A DNA stretch of 63,531 bases, counting the filler, from Actinomycetales bacterium (GTDB taxonomy: Bacteria; Actinomycetota; Actinomycetes; Actinomycetales; CAVURS01): NCBI GenBank assembly GCA_045807245.1. It is 6 parts of 6 records of this genome, joined end to end, with 100 filler letters (N's around TTAATTAATTAA, not from the genome) between each part and the next. Parts side by side here need not be neighbours in the genome. Positions count along the whole stretch, not along the records: positions 1 to 31,932 come from JBJMHS010000033.1; 5 more parts are not named here. One strand, written 5' to 3'. The notes beneath the pieces were generated by a model. That model saw only the letters and a program-made list of their open reading frames with translations, was not told the DNA's origin and searched no databases. Positions 9,579-19,815 of the stretch are shown here, one piece after another. Positions within the stretch are counted from its first letter, which is position 1. Every line of letters begins with the position of its first letter. The translations under genes were made by a program, and so were the position numbers.

Positions 9579-11203
9579 GCGCCTATCCCTTCCTCGACGG
9601 ACTGTTTGGCCGGTACGACGGCGAAGCGCGGCGGGCTCTGCGCCGGGTCGCCCGCGTGCACGATGACCGCGACGCCCCCGCCGTCCTCGGGTCGGACGAC
9701 CCGCAGGCTGGCCCCGAGCTTGACGAGCAACGGGGTGAGGTGCGCTCCGGCGTCCCAGCTCGTCGCGCCGTCGTGCTCCAGCAGGTATGTCGCGAGCGGC
9801 GGCTCAGACTCCAGCAGCACCCGCACCGTGGAGGCCTTGCCGTTGCGGGCATCGACCAGCAGCTCGTGGGTCAGCCGGGCGAGCGCCTGCTCGACCTCGA
9901 CCGGGAGCCGCACGGTCGACTCGCGCAGCTCGACCTGTACGGCGCTGCCGGTCGTCGCGCCGAAGTGCTGCAGCTGCGCGGAGAGGACCCGGCCCAGGCC
10001 CTGATCGGCGCGGACGCCCACCCGCAGGTCGCCGATGGACAGCCGAATGTCCGCCAGCGTGCGGGAGACCTCGCTGCGCAGCGCCTGGACCTCATCGCGC
10101 AGGACGTCGCTCATGGCGGGATGGCGGGCCAGGGCGTCCAGCCCGAAGCCGACGAAGGCGAGGTCCTGGGCGACGCCGTTGTGCATCTCGCGGGCCAGCT
10201 GCTCGCGCTCGAACACGGTCGCCGACCGCTGCACCTCGCCGAACCGCAAGGCGGCTTGCAGCTGGGGAGCCACGAGATCAGCCGTGTGCTGGACCCGCGC
10301 GAGGTCCATGTCGTCGAACCCCTCGGTGGTCCGCCGCTCGAGCACGACGAGCGCGAGCATCTCCTTGTCCTCACGGATGGGCAGGCAGAGCATGCTGGAC
10401 CCGCGCCGGCGGCCGTCGGCGTCGGCCGGCCGCACCTGCACCACGGCCTCACCGGTGGACCACGCCTCGTGGAGCGCGCCCTCGCTGCGGATCGGGTCCC
10501 GCCACGGGAGCCGGGTCGCGCCGCGCAGGGCGAGCGGGCTGGCGGTGTCCTCGTTCACCCGCAACAGCACCGCGCAGACGTCCACGGTCGTGATGGCGTA
10601 CATCTCGTCGAGCAGGGTCTGGGCCACCGCCGGCGCGTCGAGCCCGAGTGGGAGATGCCGGGCGACCGACGCCAGCCGGCCGCTCAGCCGGGAGGCCTCC
10701 TGCGCCGCAAGCCGCTGGGCCGCCTCAGGGCTGGCCGGCTGGAGCCGGTTCGCCCAGGCGGCGAGCAGTCCGAGGGCGAGCCCCAGCGTCCACCACTGCA
10801 CGAGCGGCACGAGGTGGTCCTGGCGGTTCAGGTCCGAGCGGGCCAGCAGAACCAGCCAGAGCGGTGTCGCGGCCGCACACGCGAGCCGCTCGACCAGGAC
10901 GGCTCGCAGGCCCAGGGTGTCGCCGGCCCGGAACGCCGTGATGAGGAGCAGGGGCAGCGCGGCCTGCGAGTAGACGACGCTGAGCCCGACGGTCAGGGAC
11001 GCGATGAGCAGCTCGACGGCCAGCCGGGTCTTGACCCAGCCGAGGCCGATGGGCAGCAGCTCCAGAACGAGCATCCCCACGGCCCCGGGGACGATGGAGG
11101 CAGCACGGTCCTCGGCCGCCGCGACCGCGATCACGAGGGCCATGAGTGCGACGCGCAACAGCGGGCCCGCGCCGATTCGTCGTACGAGGAACTTCACCAG
11201 CAT
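9575..11203 (-). CDS. Membrane GAF + HisKA_3 sensor kinase with degenerate ATPase domain
   Basis: N-terminal TMs, GAF, EREQLAREMHNGVAQDL; overlaps response regulator start. Confidence 0.8.
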   Translation of the reverse strand: MLVKFLVRRIGAGPLLRVALMALVIAVAAAEDRAASIVPGAVGMLVLELLPIGLGWVKTRLAVELLIASLTVGLSVVYSQAALPLLLITAFRAGDTLGLRAVLVERLACAAATPLWLVLLARSDLNRQDHLVPLVQWWTLGLALGLLAAWANRLQPASPEAAQRLAAQEASRLSGRLASVARHLPLGLDAPAVAQTLLDEMYAITTVDVCAVLLRVNEDTASPLALRGATRLPWRDPIRSEGALHEAWSTGEAVVQVRPADADGRRRGSSMLCLPIREDKEMLALVVLERRTTEGFDDMDLARVQHTADLVAPQLQAALRFGEVQRSATVFEREQLAREMHNGVAQDLAFVGFGLDALARHPAMSDVLRDEVQALRSEVSRTLADIRLSIGDLRVGVRADQGLGRVLSAQLQHFGATTGSAVQVELRESTVRLPVEVEQALARLTHELLVDARNGKASTVRVLLESEPPLATYLLEHDGATSWDAGAHLTPLLVKLGASLRVVRPEDGGGVAVIVHAGDPAQSPPRFAVVPAKQSVEEGIGA

Positions 11204-11428
11204 CCCCAGTCCACAACCCGACCCCTGCGCGTGTCAGTGTGCGGAGTTACCTCCTGTCGTGTCAGGCGAACGGCACACATCGCCGCACGAAAGCGGCCAC
11301 GGGTCGCGCTGCGTGATCGGGCTTAACGGCCTGCGAGCGAAGACCGCAGCGGGGGATAAGCAAGCGACCGGGTCCCGGCGGCTGGCCTAGGCTCGCCTTG
11401 TCCACAGAGCCGGTCCGAGGAGTCCGCT

Positions 11429-13192
11429 GTGCCGCTTCGCATGTCCACGCTGTTCCTGCGCACTCTGCGTGAGGACCCGGCGGACGCCGAGGTGCCCAGC
11501 CACCGGCTCTTGGTCCGGGCCGGGTACGTCCGGCGGGTGGCGCCCGGCATCTACACGTGGCTGCCGCTCGGCCTGCGCGTGCTGCGCCGCGTCGAGCAGA
11601 TCGTGCGCGAGGAGATGGACGCGGCCGGCGCCCAGGAGCTGCTGTTCCCGGCCCTCCTGCCGCGCGAGCCCTACGAGGTGACCGGGCGCTGGACCGAGTA
11701 CGGCGACAACATCTTCCGGCTCAAGGACCGCAAAGGGAACGACTACCTCCTCGGCCCCACCCACGAGGAGATGTTCACCCTCGCGGTGAAGGACCTGTTC
11801 TCGTCGTACAAGGACCTGCCGCTGTCGATCTACCAGATCCAGAACAAGTACCGCGACGAGGCGCGCCCGCGCGCCGGCATCCTGCGCGGCCGCGAGTTCG
11901 TGATGAAGGACTCCTACTCGTTCGACATCTCCGACGAGGCCTTCCTGGCGTCGTACGAGCTGCACCGCAACGCCTACATCAAGATCTTCGAGCGCCTCGG
12001 CCTCGAGTACGTGATCGTCGAGGCCATGTCCGGCGCCATGGGCGGCTCGGCCAGCGAGGAGTTCCTCGCCACCGCCGAGTACGGCGAGGACACCTACGTG
12101 CGCTGCTCCACCTGCGACTACGCGGCCAACGTGGAAGCCGTGCGGGTGCCGGCGCCGCCCGTGGTCGATGCCACCGGCGTGCCGCCCGCGCACGTCGAGG
12201 ACACCCCCGAGACACCGACCATCGACACGCTCGTGCGCCACCTCAACGAGCATTTCCCCCGCCCGGACCGGGCGTGGGAGGCGGACGACACCCTCAAGAA
12301 CGTTGTCGTCATGGTGCGCGACCCCGACGGCACCCGCGCACCGCTGGCCATCGGCGTGCCCGGCGGTCGCGACATCGACGAGAAGCGGCTGCAGGCCCAG
12401 CTCGAACCGGCGGCCCTCGAGCCGTTCACCGAGGACGACTTCGCCCAGCACCCCCTGCTGGCGAAGGGCTACATCGGTCCGGCTGTGCTGGGAGAGAAGC
12501 AGCCGAGCGGCATCCGGTTCGTCGTCGACCCGCGCGTCGTCGACGGCACCCGCTGGGTGACCGGAGCCGACCATCCGGGGCGGCACGTCATCGACCTGGT
12601 GGCCGGCCGGGACTTCACGCCGGACGGCACGATCCAGGCGGCCGAGGTGCGAGCCGGCGACCCCTGCCCGGTCGACGGTGCACCGCTCGTCGCGGCGCGC
12701 GGCATCGAGATGGGCCACATCTTCCAGCTCGGCCGCAAGTACGCCGAGGCACTCGGCCTGAGGGTGCTGGACGAGAACGGCAAGCTGGTCACCGTCACGA
12801 TGGGCTCGTACGGCGTGGGTGTCTCCCGGGCCGTCGCGGCCATCGCCGAGCAGACGCTCGACGAGCTCGGCCTGGCCTGGCCGCGGTCGGTCGCTCCGGC
12901 GGACGTCCACCTGGTCGCGACGGGCAAGGACGATGGGGTCTTCGCGGCCGCCGACGACCTGGTGGCGGGCTTGGAGGCGCGCGGCGTCTCGGTCCTGTAC
13001 GACGACCGCCGAGGCGTGAGCCCGGGCGTGAAGTTCAAGGACGCCGAGCTGCTCGGCATGCCGACCATCGTCGTCGTCGGTCGAGGCCTCGAGACCGGTG
13101 TGGTCGAGGTGCGTGAGCGGCGCACCGGCGAGCGCGCCGAGGTGCCGGTGGCCGAGGCGGTCGAGCGCGTCGCGGCCCAGGTCGGCAGGTGA
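11429..13192 (+). CDS. proS: Proline--tRNA ligase
   Basis: [44 protein letters not shown]. Confidence 0.98.
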   Translation: MPLRMSTLFLRTLREDPADAEVPSHRLLVRAGYVRRVAPGIYTWLPLGLRVLRRVEQIVREEMDAAGAQELLFPALLPREPYEVTGRWTEYGDNIFRLKDRKGNDYLLGPTHEEMFTLAVKDLFSSYKDLPLSIYQIQNKYRDEARPRAGILRGREFVMKDSYSFDISDEAFLASYELHRNAYIKIFERLGLEYVIVEAMSGAMGGSASEEFLATAEYGEDTYVRCSTCDYAANVEAVRVPAPPVVDATGVPPAHVEDTPETPTIDTLVRHLNEHFPRPDRAWEADDTLKNVVVMVRDPDGTRAPLAIGVPGGRDIDEKRLQAQLEPAALEPFTEDDFAQHPLLAKGYIGPAVLGEKQPSGIRFVVDPRVVDGTRWVTGADHPGRHVIDLVAGRDFTPDGTIQAAEVRAGDPCPVDGAPLVAARGIEMGHIFQLGRKYAEALGLRVLDENGKLVTVTMGSYGVGVSRAVAAIAEQTLDELGLAWPRSVAPADVHLVATGKDDGVFAAADDLVAGLEARGVSVLYDDRRGVSPGVKFKDAELLGMPTIVVVGRGLETGVVEVRERRTGERAEVPVAEAVERVAAQVGR

Positions 13193-13926
13193 GCCGGCCC
13201 GCCGTCGAGGCGGTCGTCTTCGACTGGGGCGGGACGCTCACGCCCTGGCACACGATCAACTTCGAGGACCAGTGGCAGAGCTATGCGCGCGTCCACGCCC
13301 GGCACTCGGGCCGGAGCGACGCGGAGGCCGCCGAGCTGGCCGACCGGATCATGCACCTCGAGCGCAACGCCTGGCTCCGGCTGCGGGACGACGGCGCCAG
13401 CGCCCGCCTGGAGGAGATCCTCGCGCAGGCCGGCGTGGCATCCGACGACCCGGCTCACTCGGCCGCACTCGCGGCCTACCAGGAGTTCTGGGAGCCCCAC
13501 ACCCTCACCGATCCGGAAGTGCGACCGTTGTGGGAAGGGTTGCGGCACAGGGGGATTCGCATCGGAGTGCTCTCGAACACCATCTGGAGCCGGGCCTACC
13601 ACGAGTCTGTCTTCGAGCGGGACGGCGTGCTTCACCTCTTGGATGGCGCGGTCTACTCCTCGGAGATCGAGCACGCGAAGCCGCACCGGGAGGCGTTCCG
13701 GGCCGCCCTGGACGCGGTGGGGGTCAACGACCCGGCGGCGGCTGTCTACGTCGGTGACCGGGCCTACGAGGACGTCCACGGCGCCCAGCGAGCAGGGCTG
13801 CGAGCCGTCCTGGTGCCGCACTCGGACATCCCCGCCGAGCAGCAGGTGCCGGTCGACGTCGTACCGGATGCCGTGGCGCATCGGCTGCTCGACCTGCTCG
13901 ACATCGTCGACGCATGGCGGGAGTGA
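13189..13926 (+). CDS. HAD-family hydrolase
   Basis: FDWGGTL, LSN, KP, YVGD...DVHGA. Confidence 0.9.
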   Translation: MSRPAVEAVVFDWGGTLTPWHTINFEDQWQSYARVHARHSGRSDAEAAELADRIMHLERNAWLRLRDDGASARLEEILAQAGVASDDPAHSAALAAYQEFWEPHTLTDPEVRPLWEGLRHRGIRIGVLSNTIWSRAYHESVFERDGVLHLLDGAVYSSEIEHAKPHREAFRAALDAVGVNDPAAAVYVGDRAYEDVHGAQRAGLRAVLVPHSDIPAEQQVPVDVVPDAVAHRLLDLLDIVDAWRE

Positions 13927-14735
13927 CCGGAGCGCTGTCCGGTGCGGCGGGCATCCACGACCTGCCTTCGGCCGGCACGGTCGCGGTCCTGCTGGTGGCC
14001 GCTCTCGTCGCCGGCTACCTCGACGCCGTCGTCGGCGGCGGCGGGCTCGTGCAGCTGCCGATGCTGCTGCTCATGCTGCCGACCGCCGTACCGATCCAGA
14101 TCCTGGCCACGAACAAGCTGTCGTCGATCTGCGGTACGACCGTCAGCGCGGTCACGTACGGCCGCAAGGTCCGCCCGGAGGCGCGCACCGCCCTGCCGTT
14201 GGCTCTCCTCGCGCTGGCCGGCGCGGTGGGGGGCGCACTCACCGCCGGTCTCATCTCGACCGAGGCGTTCCGGCTGATCGTGCTCGTCGCGCTGGTCGTC
14301 GTCGCCTCGGTGACCTTCCTGCGCCCGGCCCTCGGCATCGAGTCCACGCCTCGCTTCCACGGCCACCGTCACGTCCTCGCGGCCGGCGTGAGCGGCCTGG
14401 CGATCGGCTGGTACGACGGGGCGATCGGCCCGGGGACCGGCACCTTCCTCGTGTTCACCCTGGTCGGGCTGCTGGGGATGGACTTCCTGCGGGCCAGCGC
14501 GGCGGCCAAGATCGGCAACGCGGCCACCAACCTCGCTGCTCTGCTGGTGTTCGCACCGCAGGGGGCACCACTGTGGCGGCTCGGTCTGCTGATGGGTGCC
14601 TGCAACCTGGTGGGCGGCTTCCTCGGTGCGCGGACCGCGATCGCTCGCGGTAGCGCGTTCGTCCGCGTCCTGTTCCTCGTGGTGGCGACGGCCCTGATCG
14701 TGCGGCTGGGCGTCCAGGTCGCCGAGTCGTTCTGA
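13914..14735 (+). CDS. TSUP (TauE/SafE) family transporter
   Basis: DAVVGGGGLVQLP, ATNK, YDGAIGPGTGTF; start uncertain. Confidence 0.9.
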   Translation: MAGVTGALSGAAGIHDLPSAGTVAVLLVAALVAGYLDAVVGGGGLVQLPMLLLMLPTAVPIQILATNKLSSICGTTVSAVTYGRKVRPEARTALPLALLALAGAVGGALTAGLISTEAFRLIVLVALVVVASVTFLRPALGIESTPRFHGHRHVLAAGVSGLAIGWYDGAIGPGTGTFLVFTLVGLLGMDFLRASAAAKIGNAATNLAALLVFAPQGAPLWRLGLLMGACNLVGGFLGARTAIARGSAFVRVLFLVVATALIVRLGVQVAESF

Positions 14736-14755
14736 GGCTCGCGGTATGCCCGGCC

Positions 14756-15136
14756 CTAGCGCGGCGACCAGGGCTCGACCCGCGAGCGCAGCAGGCAGAA
14801 CTCGTTGCCCTCCGGGTCGGCCAGGACGAACCAGCTGACGTCGGGGCCCTGGCCGATGTCGGTCGGCCTGGCCCCGAGAGCCAGCAGCCGCTCCAGCTCG
14901 GCGGCCTGGTCGCGGTCGGTTGCGTTGAGGTCGAGATGGAGCCGGTTCTTCGCGGTCTTCGGCCCGTCCGGCACCCAGCAGAAGTCGAGCGCGAGCCGCG
15001 CCTCCGGACCGTCCTGGATGCGCACGACCTCGCTGTCCTCCTCGGTGACCTGCCAGCCCAGGACCTGGCACCAGAAGTCCGCGAGCAGCCGCGGGTCCGT
15101 GGCGTCGACGCACAGTGACGTGATCCGGTTGGCCAT
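14756..15136 (-). CDS. VOC/glyoxalase family protein
   Basis: LADFW, KNRLHLDL, LADPEGNEFC. Confidence 0.9.
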   Translation of the reverse strand: MANRITSLCVDATDPRLLADFWCQVLGWQVTEEDSEVVRIQDGPEARLALDFCWVPDGPKTAKNRLHLDLNATDRDQAAELERLLALGARPTDIGQGPDVSWFVLADPEGNEFCLLRSRVEPWSPR

Positions 15137-15217
15137 CACACGTTCCTAGCAGGGCAGCGGCTCGCGGGCGAGCCGGGCGTCACCGAGCCGGCCCGGCCGG
15201 GCGATAGGTTCGGCAAC

Positions 15218-16567
15218 GTGCCCGACCTGACCGTGCGCGCGCGCCGCATCATCACGTCCGCAGGGGAGCGGGCCGGTGCGGTGATGGTGCGCGAAGGCCG
15301 CATCGAGGCCGTGCTCGACGAGGCCGACCGGACGACTCGCGAGCCGGTCGGACCGGTGCTCGACGTACCCGACGACTGCGTCCTGCTACCGGGCCTGGTC
15401 GACAGCCACGTGCACGTGAACGAACCGGGCCGTACGGAGTGGGAAGGCTTCGCGTCGGCGACGGCCGCCGCGGCGGCGGGCGGCGTCACGACGATCGTCG
15501 ACATGCCGCTCAACAGCATCCCGCCCACGGTGGATGTGGCTGCGCTGCAACGGAAACGCGCGGTCGCCAGCGGTCAGGTCGCCGTTGATGTGGCGTTCTG
15601 GGGCGGCGCGGTGCCGGGCAACCTGAACGATCTGCAGGCGCTGTACGACGACGGGGTCGTCGGGTTCAAGTGCTTCCTGCTCCCGTCGGGCGTCGATGAG
15701 TTCCCGCCGCTCGACGCCGACCAGCTGCGCGCGGCCATGACCCGCATCGCGTCGTTCGGTGGGCTGCTCATCGCACATGCGGAGGACGCCGACGTCGTCG
15801 ATGCCGGCAACCACGGCATCGACGCGTCGTACCGCAGCTTTCTCGCCTCCCGGCCCCCAGCCGCCGAGACCACGGCGATCGAGCATCTGCTGCAGGCCAC
15901 CCGAGAGACCGGCTGCCGGACGCACATCGTCCACCTGTCCGCGGCGGCGGCCATCCCTGCGGTGGCCGCCGCCCGGGCCGAAGGCCTGCCTCTCACCGTC
16001 GAGACCTGCCCGCACTACCTGACGCTCGCCGCCGAGGAGATCCCTGACGGGGCAACGCAGTTCAAGTGCTGCCCGCCGATCAGGGAGCTCGCGAACCGCG
16101 ACCGGCTCTGGGACGCCTTGGCAGGCGGGGTCATCGACTGCGTGGTCTCGGACCACTCGCCCTGCCCCGCTGACATGAAGCGGCTCGACGTCGGCGACTT
16201 CGGCCTGGCCTGGGGCGGGATCGCCTCCGTCCAGGTGGCCCTGCCCGCGGTCTGGACCGAGGCCGCACAGCGTGGTTTCTCCTTGCCCGACGTCGTGCGC
16301 TGGATGGGGACGCGCCCGGCCCAGCTGGTCGACCTGCCCGGACGCGGTGACATCGCGCCCGGCTACCGCGCAGACCTGGTGGTCTTCGCCCCGGACGAGA
16401 CCTTCGTCGTCGACCCGGCTGCGCTGCGGCACAAGAACCCGGTCAGCGCGTACGGCGGCCGCGAGCTGCGCGGCGTCGTCCGCACCACCGTGCTCGGTGG
16501 AGAGACGGTGGACCTGACCGAGGGTGCACCGCGCCGCGGCCGGCTCGTGGAACGCGGCGCCGCCTGA
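15218..16567 (+). CDS. allB: Allantoinase
   Basis: DSHVHVNEPGRTEWEGF, DMPLNSIPPT, ETCPHYL, FKCCPPIR, SDHSP. Confidence 0.95.
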   Translation: MPDLTVRARRIITSAGERAGAVMVREGRIEAVLDEADRTTREPVGPVLDVPDDCVLLPGLVDSHVHVNEPGRTEWEGFASATAAAAAGGVTTIVDMPLNSIPPTVDVAALQRKRAVASGQVAVDVAFWGGAVPGNLNDLQALYDDGVVGFKCFLLPSGVDEFPPLDADQLRAAMTRIASFGGLLIAHAEDADVVDAGNHGIDASYRSFLASRPPAAETTAIEHLLQATRETGCRTHIVHLSAAAAIPAVAAARAEGLPLTVETCPHYLTLAAEEIPDGATQFKCCPPIRELANRDRLWDALAGGVIDCVVSDHSPCPADMKRLDVGDFGLAWGGIASVQVALPAVWTEAAQRGFSLPDVVRWMGTRPAQLVDLPGRGDIAPGYRADLVVFAPDETFVVDPAALRHKNPVSAYGGRELRGVVRTTVLGGETVDLTEGAPRRGRLVERGAA

Positions 16568-16617
16568 GCTCAAGCTCCGGCGACGCCGCGTCCGAGCGAA
16601 CGCTCGAGGACCTACCG

Positions 16618-18066
16618 CTAGCCCCTCGGGATCTCGTCCTGGTCGCGGCTCACGCCGCCGTGCTCCATGGCCTCCTGGAGGACGTTCGTGCCGGGCTCCG
16701 GCGGCGCGTTCCAGTGGTTGAAGAGCAGGTTGAGGCTGAAGACAACGATGACCGTCGAGGTGATCGCGGACCCGAAGATCGTCTGGAACCAGTCCGGGAA
16801 CTGGTTGTACAGCTGCTGGTTGAAGGCCGGCAGCAGGCCGACCGACAGGGCGGTGGCGACGATCAGCAGGTTGTGGTTGTTCTCGAAGTCGACCTTGTGC
16901 AGCGTCCGGATGCCGATGGACGTCACCATCGCGAACATCACGGTGGCCGCGCCGCCGATGACCGGCCCGGGCAGGCCGGCGACCAGCTGCCCGACCTTGG
17001 GGATGATGCCGAGGGTGAGCAGCATGACGCCGCAGACCGTGACCACCCAGCGGCTCTTGACCCGCGTCATGCCGATCAGGCCGACGTTCTCGGCGTACGC
17101 GGTGTCCGGGAACGAGTTCATGAACCCGGCCAGCAGACCGGACAGGCCGTCCGTGGCGAGGCCTCGGGCCAGGTCGTTCGGCGAGAGCTTCTTGTCCACC
17201 ATCTCGGAGACGGCGAGCATGTCGGCCGTCGACTCGGTGTAGGTCACGAGCATGACGATGCACATCGAGATGATGGCCGCCGCCTGGAACTTCGGCGCTC
17301 CGAAGTGGAAGGGTTCCGCGATGCCGAACCACTTGGCCGTCTTCACCTGGTCCCAGTGGATCAGGCCGCCCATGACCCAGGCGACCACGGTGCCGACGAC
17401 GATCGCGATCAGCACGGCGATCTGGCTGACGAAGCCGGTGGTGAACCGGGTGATCAGGACGATCAGGGCCACGACGAGGCCGGCCAGGGCGATGTGCGAG
17501 GGCTCGCCGAACGTCTTGACCGGCGTGAGCGTGCCGGTGGCGAAGTCGGTCGTGTACTGGTTCCCCGCGATGAGGTTGACGTTCACCCCGATGAGGGAGA
17601 GGCCGATCACCGAGATCACCGTGCCAGTGACCAGCGGGGGGAAGAACCGCAGCACCATGGAGAACGGCTTGGCGATGAGCAGACCGAAGATGCCGGACAC
17701 GATCATGGCGCCGTAGACGGCCTGGATGCCGTACTTGTTGGCGATGATGATCATCGGGTTCAACACCGTGAACGTTGCGCCGGCCACGACCGGCAGCCGT
17801 ACCCCCAGGAGCTTGCTGATGCCGGCCGACTGGATGATCGTGGCGATGCCGGAGACGAGCAGGTCGGCGCTGACCAGGATGCCGATGTCGCGCTCGTTCA
17901 GCCCGACGGCCGGCCCGACGATGAGCGGTACGGCGACCGCACCGGCGTACATGATGAACAGGTGCTGGAGGCCCAGCACGAACAGCCGTTGGGCGGGCAG
18001 CACCTCGTCGACCGGGTGCACCGCCGGGGGGCCGCCCCGGCGCGGTGGGCTCTTCGTATCCGACAT
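16618..18066 (-). CDS. NCS2 nucleobase (xanthine/uric acid/allantoin) permease
   Basis: LGLQH...MYAGAVAVP, ESTAD, NAT signature ENVGLIGMTRV. Confidence 0.92.
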   Translation of the reverse strand: MSDTKSPPRRGGPPAVHPVDEVLPAQRLFVLGLQHLFIMYAGAVAVPLIVGPAVGLNERDIGILVSADLLVSGIATIIQSAGISKLLGVRLPVVAGATFTVLNPMIIIANKYGIQAVYGAMIVSGIFGLLIAKPFSMVLRFFPPLVTGTVISVIGLSLIGVNVNLIAGNQYTTDFATGTLTPVKTFGEPSHIALAGLVVALIVLITRFTTGFVSQIAVLIAIVVGTVVAWVMGGLIHWDQVKTAKWFGIAEPFHFGAPKFQAAAIISMCIVMLVTYTESTADMLAVSEMVDKKLSPNDLARGLATDGLSGLLAGFMNSFPDTAYAENVGLIGMTRVKSRWVVTVCGVMLLTLGIIPKVGQLVAGLPGPVIGGAATVMFAMVTSIGIRTLHKVDFENNHNLLIVATALSVGLLPAFNQQLYNQFPDWFQTIFGSAITSTVIVVFSLNLLFNHWNAPPEPGTNVLQEAMEHGGVSRDQDEIPRG

Positions 18067-18252
18067 GCGCTCTCCTTGATGGAGCTCCCGCCTTCAGGGA
18101 AGGCGCGGTCGAGGTCCGTCGTGCCCCGGGTGACCTCTCCCGACGCGCGATGCTAGTTGCGCGCGACGGGCCACCGCAGTCGTCGGGACGCACGATTCGG
18201 CCGCGGCTAGGCTGCTCGTCCTCTGGAGGATCCAACGAACGGAAGTCTCCCG

Positions 18253-19815
18253 ATGGCAGTCGAGGTGTCCGGCCCTCCGGTCGACCGGTCCGGCGAGATC
18301 CTCACCGACGGCGCCCTCGAGCTGGTGGCCCGACTGCATGAGCGGTTCGCCTCCCGGCGGGACGAGCTGCTGGCCGCCCGCCAGGTCCGGCGCGAGGAGG
18401 TCGCGCGCACCGGACGGCTCGAACTGCTGTCCGAGACGGCCGAGATCCGGGCTGGTGACTGGCGGGTCGCACCGGCGCCGCCCGACCTGACCGACCGGCG
18501 GGTCGAGATCACCGGGCCGACCGAGCGCAAGATGATGATCAACGCCTTGAACTCCGGCGCCAAGGTCTGGCTGGCCGACCTCGAGGACGCGAACACGCCG
18601 CATTGGGCGAACGTCATCGGCGGCCAGGTGAACCTGTACGACGCAGTGCGGGGTACGGCGACGTACGACAGCCCGGAGGGCAAGCACTACGAGGTGCGCG
18701 CCGACGTCGCCCAGCCAACGGTCGTCGTGCGTCCCCGCGGCTGGCACATGGACGAACGTCATCTGACGGTCGACGGCCGGGTAGCCGTCGGCGCGCTCGT
18801 CGACTTCGGGCTGCACTTCCACCACAACGCAAAGGTGTTGCTGGACAAGGGGTCTGGGCCGTACTACTACCTGCCGAAGATGGAGAGCCATCTGGAGGCC
18901 CGGCTCTGGAACGACGTCTTCGTGGCCGCGCAGGAGCACGTCGGCATCCCGCGCGGCACGATCCGCGCCACGGTTCTCATCGAGACGATCCCGGCGGCGT
19001 TCGAGATGGAGGAGATCCTCTACGAGCTCCGCGAGCACGCGTCCGGGCTCAACGCCGGACGGTGGGACTACCTGTTCAGCATCATCAAGTACTTCCGGGA
19101 CGCGGGGCCGGAGTTCGTCCTGCCCGACCGGGCGTCGGTGACCATGACGGCACCGTTCATGCGCGCGTACACCGAGCTGCTGGTCCGGACCTGTCATCGG
19201 CACGGGGCGTTCGCCATGGGCGGCATGGCGGCGTTCATCCCGTCGCGTCGAGACCCCGAGGTCACCGAGGTGGCCCTGGCCAAGGTCCGCGAGGACAAGA
19301 CGCGCGAGGCCCGGGACGGGTTCGACGGGTCGTGGGTGGCTCACCCCGACCTGGTGCCGGTCGCCCAGCCGATCTTCGACCAGGCGTTCGGCGACGCCCC
19401 GAACCAGCTGCAGCGCCTGCGCGAGGACGTCCAGGTCGAGCCGGGCCGGCTCATCGACCTGAGCGGCGTGGACGGCGCAGTGACGAGCGCCGGCCTGCGG
19501 GCGAACGTCGACGTCGGCGTGCGCTACGTCGCGGCGTGGCTCTCGGGCAACGGTGCGGCGGCGATCCACAACCTCATGGAGGACGCCGCGACCGCGGAGA
19601 TATCGCGGTCGCAGATCTGGCAGTGGGTCCACGGCGAGGTGAAGCTGGCCGACTCCGGTGAGACGGTGACCGCCGAGATGGTGCGCACACTCCTGGACGA
19701 GCAGGCCTTCGACGACCCGTACAACGCACAGGCGCGCGCCGTGTTCGAGCAGGTGGCGCTGGCGGACGACTTCGCGCCCTTCCTGACCACGCCGGCGTAC
19801 GAGCTGATCGACTGA
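18253..19815 (+). CDS. aceB: Malate synthase A
   Basis: DRRVEITGP, RPRGWH, LNAGRWDYLFS, LMEDAATAEISRSQ. Confidence 0.97.
   Translation: MAVEVSGPPVDRSGEILTDGALELVARLHERFASRRDELLAARQVRREEVARTGRLELLSETAEIRAGDWRVAPAPPDLTDRRVEITGPTERKMMINALNSGAKVWLADLEDANTPHWANVIGGQVNLYDAVRGTATYDSPEGKHYEVRADVAQPTVVVRPRGWHMDERHLTVDGRVAVGALVDFGLHFHHNAKVLLDKGSGPYYYLPKMESHLEARLWNDVFVAAQEHVGIPRGTIRATVLIETIPAAFEMEEILYELREHASGLNAGRWDYLFSIIKYFRDAGPEFVLPDRASVTMTAPFMRAYTELLVRTCHRHGAFAMGGMAAFIPSRRDPEVTEVALAKVREDKTREARDGFDGSWVAHPDLVPVAQPIFDQAFGDAPNQLQRLREDVQVEPGRLIDLSGVDGAVTSAGLRANVDVGVRYVAAWLSGNGAAAIHNLMEDAATAEISRSQIWQWVHGEVKLADSGETVTAEMVRTLLDEQAFDDPYNAQARAVFEQVALADDFAPFLTTPAYELID

Noticed and set aside
11204..11428. Possible c-di-GMP riboswitch or T-box between the kinase gene and proS (GCCGC-ACGAAA-GCGGC hairpin, CGTGTCAG x2)
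   Set aside because: Core consensus elements could not be matched; short stems are expected by chance at this GC content.
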